Shown here: piece by piece, positions 16,789 to 23,708 of the stretch | How positions within the stretch are numbered: position 1 is the stretch's first letter | Layout of the letters: each line of letters opens with the position of its first letter | From: Halorubrum sp. BV1 | GTDB lineage: Archaea > Halobacteriota > Halobacteria > Halobacteriales > Haloferacaceae | Reading direction: 5' to 3' | Assembly: GCF_000746205.1 (NCBI RefSeq) | Contig: NZ_JQKV01000001.1 | Location: 143,652-167,651 of the forward strand | Length of the DNA stretch: 24,000 bases | Translations under genes and position numbers: made by a program | Notes under the pieces: generated by a model | The model's database searches: none | What the model was told of the DNA's origin: nothing | What the model saw: the letters and a program-made list of their open reading frames with translations, nothing else

Positions 16789-17567
16789 CAGTCGAACGAT
16801 ACCCCCGCAATATCGAGCGCGGTTTTGAGGCCTTCCTGAAGCGACGATTGTGTTTCCACGTCGAATCCAATTCCGAGCTGCACGAGTGTCTGGGAGATCT
16901 CTGGATTGAGTCCCGTGATGATTGTCTGACCGCCCATCAGTTTGACGGCGTGGATCGTATCGATAAGATGTTGGGCGGTCTGGGTGTCAACCGCCTCCGC
17001 ACCGGTAATATCGATGATCGCGACAGTGGCTTCCGTTTCTGAAATCCGTTCCAGGAGCTTCTCAGTGAAATCTTGGGCCTGTGCCGAGTCGAGTTTCCCG
17101 ATGATCGTCGAGAGCAAAATCCCGTCCCAGACCTCGACGATTGGCACTGATCGCTTGGCGAGTTCATCGGCCAACGACTCTTGAATCTCTCGTTGCCGAT
17201 TGCGCTCGGTGATGTTCCGACCGATACTGGCGATCGCTTTGAGACTTTCATCCTCGTCTTCAACGGGAGTCCACTGGAACTCGTACGGGAGCCGCTCTCC
17301 CGTCTTCGTTTCGAGAACAGTCCCAAGCGTGACGGCCGTCCGATCATTGGTGATAGTCTTTATAGCCGTGCGCACGTCCCCGCGCTCTCCCTCGGGGACG
17401 AGATCGGCGGGGTTGAGGTCCCCAATCTCGTTGTTGTCGTATCCTGTGACGCTTGTGAATCGAGCGTTCCACTCCACGTACTCGCCGCCGGGAGTGAATA
17501 CGTAGAACAGGTCATCAAGCGAATTGACAGCGTCTGCGAGTAACCCAGGATCCGAAGAATTGATCAT
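16788..17567 (-). CDS. RsbR-like protein: N-terminal PAS sensor plus C-terminal STAS domain
   Basis: ATG at 17567 (MINSSDPG); the track start at 17576 is a TTG. The PAS domain covers roughly the first 125 aa. The STAS part VPIVEVWDGILLSTIIGKLDSAQAQDF, VAIIDITGAEAVDTQTAQHLIDTIHAVKLMGGQTIITGLNPEISQTLVQLGI aligns with RsbRA, including both phosphorylatable Thr positions. Confidence 0.88.
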   Translation of the reverse strand: MINSSDPGLLADAVNSLDDLFYVFTPGGEYVEWNARFTSVTGYDNNEIGDLNPADLVPEGERGDVRTAIKTITNDRTAVTLGTVLETKTGERLPYEFQWTPVEDEDESLKAIASIGRNITERNRQREIQESLADELAKRSVPIVEVWDGILLSTIIGKLDSAQAQDFTEKLLERISETEATVAIIDITGAEAVDTQTAQHLIDTIHAVKLMGGQTIITGLNPEISQTLVQLGIGFDVETQSSLQEGLKTALDIAGVSFD

Positions 17568-17670
17568 GGATACCAATTTATCCCCCTGGTTGATATAACC
17601 TCACGCTACTTATTTGGTATTAATTTAATCCATCACTAAATACATAACCTTCCGTTGAGAGCGATTATCT
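17568..17670. promoter_or_regulatory. AT-rich divergent promoter region between the rsbR-like operon and the Bat-like regulator gene
   Basis: 103-bp gap that is much more AT-rich than its flanks. TTATAT on the minus strand (plus-strand atataa around 17592-17598) lies about 27 nt upstream of the 17567 start. AAATAC/ATAAC elements around 17637-17648 lie about 25-30 nt upstream of the 17671 start. Confidence 0.4.
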
Positions 17671-19308
17671 ATGGCCGATACTGATCCCGGGGATAGGACA
17701 GAGCACAAATCCCTGTATAAAACTGCGGTAGAGCAGTCACCCGATGGGATATTTGCCTTGACGAACGATTTGGAACTGGCGTTAGTGAATAGACGGATTG
17801 AATCATTAGCCGGTGTTGAACGAGAGGAGTTGGTCGGGAGCCACGCGTCGGTTTTCCGCGAAATTGGGCTCGTAGATGGAGCCAATTACGACCGGGCAAT
17901 TGCCGCATGTAGAACGGTACTGGATGGTGACGCTGATTCGGAGCAATTTGAAATTCAACTCACGCCACAATCCGAACCGATCACCGCTGAGTATCGGGTT
18001 GAACGAGTGTCCCGCGAGGAGGAAAACGCGCTCTTGATTGGAGTGCTCCGGGACATCACCCCCCGGATCGAGCAACAAAAACAGATCAAACGCCAACGAA
18101 ACGAGCTCAAAACGGTTAGTCAGATCCAGTCATTACTCCACAATATAATGAAATCACTCCCGTCAAGCACGACGAGAGCGGAAATTAATCAAGTTGTGTG
18201 TAATCAGCTCATTCAATCAAGCTTCTATGATGCTGCATGGATGGGATACAAAGGGCCTCAAGAAGAAGGAGTCAGAGGCATCTATACCGCAGGGGTGGAG
18301 CCTGGTCTCCAAGAGTTCATCACGACTCGTGAGATGGGCCGGGACGGAGCGTCAATTCTGAGCGAGGCGTTCGATACTGAACACATCCAAGTGATCAGTA
18401 GTCCGGCGACGGATCCGAGACTTCCCGATCAATTTCGAGATCAGCTTGTCCGCTATGGATATGAATCAGCGATTCTCGTCCCGCTCACAATCGATCATAT
18501 GTCGTTTGGAGTATTAATGGCCGCAACCCATCGAAAGAATGCGTTCATCAGTCGGGAACGGATGGCGTTCGAAGCGTTAGGAGGTGTCGTTGAATTTGCG
18601 GTGAATGCCGTCGAGAACGTCCAATTACTGCAGGGGGCGAAAATGGTCGAACTCAGATTCCAGATACAGACGGGTGCGATCGCTGCAGACATCTCTGATA
18701 CGTTCGATTGTGAGTGCTATCTTAATGGCATCTCACCCGCCCCTAACGACAACCTACGATGTTTTGTCTCCGTTGAGGATGCACCCACGGATGAGGTAGC
18801 TGTCTTTGCGGAACAACAAGCGGCGGTTCGAAGCGTCGAGGTGATCGACGAGTGGGAGTCGGGTGGGACGTTCGAGATCGTCTTGGGAACGTCCCCGTTG
18901 CAACCGCTCATTGACTCCGGGGTTTACATCGAGGGAGCTTCAGCGTCAGACGGAACCGCACACATATCAGTTCGTATCGGTGCAGATAGAGATCCGGTTG
19001 AGATCCTCGACAGGGTAGAATCGGTCTATCCGGAAATCGAACTCGTGAGCAAACAATTGGTAGAGGATACACGTCACCCCGTCTTTGAACTCAGTGGATG
19101 GGTAGGCGAACATCTCACGAGCAAACAACGTCAGGCGTTGGAGGAGGCGTACTTTCGGGGCTATTTCGAGTGGCCCCGCGAGAACACTGCAGAGGAGATC
19201 GCTGAAGCCCTAGGCGTCTCGTCCGCTACGTTTCACGCCCATCATCGCAAGGCGACTCAGAAACTCCTCTCAGCGGTGTTTGAAAAGAGCACAGAGCGGG
19301 AGATGTAG
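17671..19308 (+). CDS. Bat-like transcription regulator (PAS, GAF, BAT domain, HTH_10)
   Basis: N-terminal PAS (SLYKTAVEQSPDGIFAL...GVLRDITPRIEQ). GAF (ESAILVPLTIDHMSFGVLMAATHRKNAF). C-terminal HTH_10 signature LTSKQRQALEEAYFRGYFEWPRENTAEEIAEALGVSSATFHAHHRKATQKLL. Confidence 0.9.
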   Translation: MADTDPGDRTEHKSLYKTAVEQSPDGIFALTNDLELALVNRRIESLAGVEREELVGSHASVFREIGLVDGANYDRAIAACRTVLDGDADSEQFEIQLTPQSEPITAEYRVERVSREEENALLIGVLRDITPRIEQQKQIKRQRNELKTVSQIQSLLHNIMKSLPSSTTRAEINQVVCNQLIQSSFYDAAWMGYKGPQEEGVRGIYTAGVEPGLQEFITTREMGRDGASILSEAFDTEHIQVISSPATDPRLPDQFRDQLVRYGYESAILVPLTIDHMSFGVLMAATHRKNAFISRERMAFEALGGVVEFAVNAVENVQLLQGAKMVELRFQIQTGAIAADISDTFDCECYLNGISPAPNDNLRCFVSVEDAPTDEVAVFAEQQAAVRSVEVIDEWESGGTFEIVLGTSPLQPLIDSGVYIEGASASDGTAHISVRIGADRDPVEILDRVESVYPEIELVSKQLVEDTRHPVFELSGWVGEHLTSKQRQALEEAYFRGYFEWPRENTAEEIAEALGVSSATFHAHHRKATQKLLSAVFEKSTEREM

Positions 19309-19424
19309 GTTATCGACAGGGCGAAGACGGGAACCTGTCCGGATGCCCCCGACGGGCGATCTATTGGAAAACGCCCCATACGGGGTGACAGAGCCAGCAG
19401 ATCCCGGATGTTCTTGAGGCAAAC

Positions 19425-21180
19425 ACAATTTCACTACCACTGGTGCCACCGACACAGGCTTCACGATGAGCCGTCTTCCGGACAATTGCGACAACCACCT
19501 ATAGCGATTGCCCTGTCTACGACTCGACGCCGTTGTACGATCGGAGTTCACTCGCTGGCCTCGAAGAAGACATCCGAACCGTTGCGGCCACCTGGTTTGA
19601 CCACGAGGCCCACGACTCTGTCACCGAATTCGTCGCTCACTACCCGTTGACGTATGTCGAATTTCGCCCCGACGACCGGTATTCGAGAGCAACGCGATAC
19701 GAGATGGCGCAGCTGCTCCGCGCGTTCCTGCTCAAAGAAATTCACGGCTGGACCCACGAGACGGCACTCGCCACGTACCTCACCCAACGCCCAAAACTCC
19801 GTGAGCAACTGTGTCTGGAGATGGTCCCAGACCAATCGACGCTCTGGCGCAGCTGGCACGAGCGGTTCACCACTGACCTCCGGAAGTCAGTCGAGACGGT
19901 GGCTCGAATGATCCTCATCAAAGCTCAGGATGCGGGTGTCGCGGTTCCGCGTGAACCGGCACGAAAGCTCCAGCATCACGATGGCAAGTCTGGTGAGTCA
20001 GAATCAGACGATCAAACCACGTTGGAGCAGGCAGCGAAGCTCACCGACCACGTCAGCCGTATCGTCTTCCCGGCGTTTTCGCTGGATCGTGGGGACGGCT
20101 GTGAGATACATGAGAACGCCTACTGGGGATTACAGACGTATCTCGGACTTCGCGAGCAGCTGGCTGCGAACGAAGGAGCTCGCAGTTTCGTCTACGAATC
20201 GACTCGGGATCGGACACCGCTGGGGCACGCCCATCGCGACCACATCCGCGACCTCTCTATCGAGCAGATTCGCGAGATGTACCGACAGGCGATCCGGCAC
20301 CTCATCGGCGAGGTCGCAGAGACAGAGCAGTTCTTCCAGGCGGGTATTGTCGCCATCGACATCACTGAGGCCGATCCCTTCACCGGCAATAGAACGGGCT
20401 ACGAGGACGAGATCATCGGGACGAAAGAACAGACCGACGAGTACGCGTACCAGTGGGCGACAGTCCAGCTGGTCGGCAACGCCGTCCCGCTCGTCCTTGA
20501 TGCCCGCCCGGTACGGAAAGGCGAGAGTCGGAAGGACATCGTTGAGGACTTGCTGGATTCGGCTGAAGAGCTCGTCCACGTCGATAACGTGCTGATGGAC
20601 CGGGAGTTCGATAGCCAGCACGTCCTAGAGATGATCAGCCAGCGCGGGCTTTCCTACGTCGTTCCGAAGCGGATGCAGACCAGCGAAAAAGCTCAGGCAA
20701 AGCGGTTGCTCCAGCGCGATCAAGACCGATACGAGACCGACCGTAAACTCCATCTGGGGAAGAACGAGTGGCACGAGACGACGCTGATCTACCGCCGGAA
20801 AGAAGACTCTGAGCACGACGACCATCGACAGTACTCGGTGTTCATGTCAAACCGAGGTGGTAGCTTCCTCACTGAGTATAGGTATCGGTGGGAGATTGAG
20901 AGCGGCTATAGGTCGATCAAGCGGTTCATGGCCGCGACGACGTCTACGGATTTCGGACTGCGATTCTTCTACTTCGCGTTCGCGTGCCTCTTATACTCAA
21001 TCTGGCGAGCGATCGATCTACTCGTGCAGGCCGAGTTGACTGGAGAATACGAACGGTCACCGATGCTGACTGCAGATAATACACTCACGCTGTTGAAGAA
21101 ATAGGCAGGAATCGGGTAGTAGACTGCTCTATCCGTGATAGAGCGTCGTCTAAGTGGCAACGCTACCGAAAGTTTCGAAA
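19425..21180 (+). mobile_element. ISH-type insertion sequence (IS4 superfamily); boundaries tentative
   Basis: A single transposase ORF is flanked by about 100 bp and 75 bp of non-coding DNA. Candidate imperfect terminal inverted repeats are left ...tttcactaccactggtgccaccgacacaggcttcacgatgag (19428-19470) against the reverse complement of 21131-21176, ...tttcggtagcgttgccacttagacgacgctctatcacggat. The by-eye alignment is gapped and about 60% identical. No target-site duplication could be confirmed. Confidence 0.4.
19533..21104 (+). CDS. IS4-family DDE transposase (haloarchaeal ISH type)
   Basis: DDE candidates GIVAIDITE and VLMDREFDS, plus the IS4 signature Y-2-R-3-E-6-K in YRYRWEIESGYRSIKRF. 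The start is a TTG. No in-frame ATG or GTG lies upstream, and the first in-frame ATG is codon 59. Confidence 0.9.
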   Translation: MYDRSSLAGLEEDIRTVAATWFDHEAHDSVTEFVAHYPLTYVEFRPDDRYSRATRYEMAQLLRAFLLKEIHGWTHETALATYLTQRPKLREQLCLEMVPDQSTLWRSWHERFTTDLRKSVETVARMILIKAQDAGVAVPREPARKLQHHDGKSGESESDDQTTLEQAAKLTDHVSRIVFPAFSLDRGDGCEIHENAYWGLQTYLGLREQLAANEGARSFVYESTRDRTPLGHAHRDHIRDLSIEQIREMYRQAIRHLIGEVAETEQFFQAGIVAIDITEADPFTGNRTGYEDEIIGTKEQTDEYAYQWATVQLVGNAVPLVLDARPVRKGESRKDIVEDLLDSAEELVHVDNVLMDREFDSQHVLEMISQRGLSYVVPKRMQTSEKAQAKRLLQRDQDRYETDRKLHLGKNEWHETTLIYRRKEDSEHDDHRQYSVFMSNRGGSFLTEYRYRWEIESGYRSIKRFMAATTSTDFGLRFFYFAFACLLYSIWRAIDLLVQAELTGEYERSPMLTADNTLTLLKK

Positions 21181-21410
21181 AAACCGCCCACATAGTAGGA
21201 AATCCAACAAGAATGGCCGTTTGGAGAGCGATCTGAAGCAGATTCCACTCATCAATTCAGTCGGAACCACGCATCATAGCCCCGCTAAACCCGCTATAGT
21301 CTCAACTTCCAAGTATCAAAAGTTAATATCGCGAAATACGGTTTATTTGATCCGGGCTGACCAGAATTCTGACCACCCAGCCAGTCGAAATTCGTCGGTA
21401 CGTCCCGAGT

Positions 21411-22445
21411 TCACTCGAGTAGCGAATACATATTTCTCTCGTACGTCTCGCGAACTTGGTTCCCCCAATCGTGCGTGTACGTGTCGATTATGTCGTCGGC
21501 GACGTCACCGCGGAGGTACTTGACCACTCCCCGGTCGCCGGTTCGGTCCCGGAGGTGCGTGGTGAAGAAGTGTCGAAAGTAGTGTGGAGTGACGTTTTCA
21601 GTGGCCCCGCCGCCGGTTCGATACCACCCGGCATCTCGGGCGTATCGTTCGACGATGTGCCGCACCGCCTGGGGGTCGAGTCGCGACCCCCATCCCTCTG
21701 CGGTGCCGACAAAGAGCGGATCGGCCGACGAGGGGCAGTCCGGTCGGATCGCGAGCCACGCTTTGAGAACTCGCGCCAACTCGTCGTCAACGGGGATCAC
21801 GGTACTGCGCTTACGCTTGTTCGATGCCGAGCGGACCTCGTCGTTCAACGTTTCGCCAACGGTCGCATCAGGCGTCACGTACACCGAATTCGGCCGACCG
21901 GCGAGTACCGGTCTGGTTCCGAGATCGTACGCCTCGTTCAGCTCGTCGTCGTCGATCGCGACGTCGCGGAGATCGAGGTTACAGCACTCACCGACCCGCA
22001 TCCCGGTCTTCAAGAGCGTCACGACGAGAGCGCGGTGAAGCGGATGGGTGATGCCGGAGACGAACGTTCGCATCGCGGGAATCGAAATGTCCCGGCGGGC
22101 CGGGTCCGTGTCGATCGTTTCGTCCATCTCTTCGACGACAAGCGTCATCGGATTGCCGTCGAACGCGCCGACCTCGGTCATATACCCGTAGAATCGGTGC
22201 AGATACGCCGCGTACGTCGCTACCGTGCTGTCGGCGAGTTCACCTCGGAGCGAGTGAATGAACGCCATACAGTCGCGGTGCGTGGCCGTCTCGGGGGTGG
22301 ACGTCTCGTCGAGAAACGCCTCGAACTGCCGGAGCACGCGCTCGTACGACTCGCGCGTCCTCGACGTCTTCCCGTGATAGGTCAGATCTTCGATGAAATA
22401 CTCAACCGGATCGTCGATATCGGCGGGGGCACGCGTGCTACTCAT
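21411..22445 (-). CDS. Tyrosine recombinase / phage-type integrase (XerC/D-like)
   Basis: N-terminal SAM-like core-binding region (FIEDLTYHGKTSRTRESYERVLRQFEAFL, TVATYAAYLHRFYGYM). Catalytic motifs LLKTGMRVGECCNLDLRDV (Arg), TPHYFRHFFTTHL (His-x-x-Arg) and GDVADDIIDTYTH (Tyr). Confidence 0.92.
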   Translation of the reverse strand: MSSTRAPADIDDPVEYFIEDLTYHGKTSRTRESYERVLRQFEAFLDETSTPETATHRDCMAFIHSLRGELADSTVATYAAYLHRFYGYMTEVGAFDGNPMTLVVEEMDETIDTDPARRDISIPAMRTFVSGITHPLHRALVVTLLKTGMRVGECCNLDLRDVAIDDDELNEAYDLGTRPVLAGRPNSVYVTPDATVGETLNDEVRSASNKRKRSTVIPVDDELARVLKAWLAIRPDCPSSADPLFVGTAEGWGSRLDPQAVRHIVERYARDAGWYRTGGGATENVTPHYFRHFFTTHLRDRTGDRGVVKYLRGDVADDIIDTYTHDWGNQVRETYERNMYSLLE

Positions 22446-22848
22446 CGACGAGCGCGTATCCCCCTCGCCGGCCGTTGTATTTGATGCGGTTCCGATCCTG
22501 CAACTCGTCGAGTGCGTCCTCTAAGCGATCTTCGAAGTCGCCGCGCAGCGCGTCGACGAGTTCGTCCCACGACTGCGGTCCGTCAGCAAGAACCCGTTCC
22601 ACCTCTGTTTCGAGGTCGTGACTCCCGGGGGTTTCGTCCGTGGAAGCGGTCTCCTCGGTGCTCGACGGTTCCGAGAGAGAAAATCCACGTCTCCCGGCCT
22701 GTACCATCGTTCTGACGAACTCGCTTTGCGACATGTCCAGCTCGTTCGCGTGAGTCTGCCACCGATCTTTCTGCTCGGCGGGCACGTACGTTTTCACTGA
22801 ACGGCGATCACTCATCTCGATGTACCGTTTTGCGGCCGGTACCTTCAA
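22438..22848 (-). CDS. Ribbon-helix-helix (CopG/Arc-like) DNA-binding protein with acidic C-terminal domain, co-transcribed with the integrase
   Basis: RSVKTYVPAEQKDRWQTHANELDMSQSEFVRTMVQAG fits a beta-strand/helix/helix RHH pattern. The stop overlaps the integrase start by 8 nt. ATG at 22815 (MSDRRSV) is an alternative start. Confidence 0.7.
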   Translation of the reverse strand: MKVPAAKRYIEMSDRRSVKTYVPAEQKDRWQTHANELDMSQSEFVRTMVQAGRRGFSLSEPSSTEETASTDETPGSHDLETEVERVLADGPQSWDELVDALRGDFEDRLEDALDELQDRNRIKYNGRRGGYALVDE

Positions 22849-23016
22849 TTTACCCCATAATTCAGGATAAGTGACTTTATCTGTGGTTGTAGTACCTTCT
22901 AGATGACGGGGATAACTAGTTATATTGAATTATAGAACTATAAGCGCAGCAAACTGTTCCTAGATTATAGGATATATTACTGCTGCAAAATACTATGTCA
23001 TATGTTTGTATGTTTG
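22849..23016. promoter_or_regulatory. Strongly AT-rich non-coding region upstream of the RHH-integrase pair (promoter and/or recombination site)
   Basis: Visibly AT-rich against GC-rich flanks. The minus strand carries ATAAAG (plus 22875-22880) and TAAATT (22847-22852) TATA-like elements. A perfect tandem 8-mer tatgtttg occurs twice at 23001-23016, and attatag occurs at 22929-22935 and 22964-22970. Confidence 0.35.
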
Positions 23017-23600
23017 TCAGCCGGAGCCAGCGTGACCGGAGATGGTCGCCGGACGGCGTGTCTCCACAGACAGCCCGATCGCTGGCGCGAATGAATCGTG
23101 CGTCGCACTGGAAAGTACGACAACTCGCTTGTGGGACTCAAGATGCGCTCGATCGATGTGAGCGTCGCGCATCGCTGTCTCTCTCCGTCTTCAAAATAAT
23201 CTGAATGATCCGACATATTATTGGTTAATAGATATGTGTTCTGCAACCTCGACGTACTCATCTGAGCGTGCTGTGTAGGGTGGCTGTCCGGGAAACGGGC
23301 GGTAGAAGGACAACGAGAAACGCTCTCGCTGGTGTCTGTCTCACTACCCGTATCGTTCTATTTCTGACCGTATACGCCGTTGTTCGGCTTATTTCGATGG
23401 CGACAGATACACGCACGATCAGTCAGCGTGGCGGATCTTCTAAGTGATTCTACTCGCCTAGACTGTCGGTTCGTCTCGTGATCAGAGCCAATTCATCCGA
23501 CGAATTGGAAACCAGAACAATATCTGAAAACGAGAGGTCGGAGATTGAGTGACGAGTGAAGATCTACTAACCGCGATACAAGGCGACCGTTCGGGTGTGT

Positions 23601-23639
23601 CCAGATCGCGTTGGGCCTGTTCGCGTCTGGGTCTTTTTT
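23601..23639 (+). terminator. Hairpin followed by a T6 tract (possible intrinsic-like terminator of an unassigned plus-strand transcript)
   Basis: CCAGATCGCG (23601-23610) pairs with CGCGTCTGG (23622-23630), leaving one bulge. GTC and TTTTTT (23634-23639) follow. Confidence 0.25.
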
Positions 23640-23708
23640 ACACCGCTGTTTCGGTCGCTGCTCACACAGCACTATTTGTGGCACACACGCCAAGTATATT
23701 GTATAGTG

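Larger units (their letters stand above)
8900..21410. other. Lower-GC accessory island carrying the signalling cluster and an IS element
   Basis: My spot counts on roughly 70-nt samples gave about 70% G+C in the protease gene, about 54% in the large kinase gene, about 43% in part of the Bat-like gene and about 60% in the transposase. The integrase gene averages around 65% again. Non-coding gaps sit at both edges (8511-9057 and 21105-21410). Boundaries are approximate. Confidence 0.5.

Noticed and set aside
17570-17620. 7-bp inverted repeat ATACCAA ... TTGGTAT in the divergent promoter region
   Set aside because: The arms are short, the spacer is long (37 nt), and one arm overlaps the rsbR-like start region. 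In AT-rich DNA this is easily a chance match, so it is not reported as an operator.
21280-21297. Tandem 9-mers CCCGCTAAA and CCCGCTATA downstream of the integrase gene
   Set aside because: There are only two copies and 18 nt in total. They could be integrase arm-type sites, but there is no supporting symmetry or further copies, so the evidence is too weak to call.
21456-22484. 342-aa plus-strand ORF opposite the integrase
   Set aside because: It is antisense to a frame with the complete tyrosine-recombinase catalytic signature. Its product is Arg/Val-rich with no motifs.
22995-23261. Overlapping small ORFs (69 aa on the plus strand, 87 aa on the minus strand) right of the AT-rich tract
   Set aside because: Both products are basic and Cys/Arg-rich, unlike halophile proteins, and have no motifs. 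No basis exists to choose either strand.
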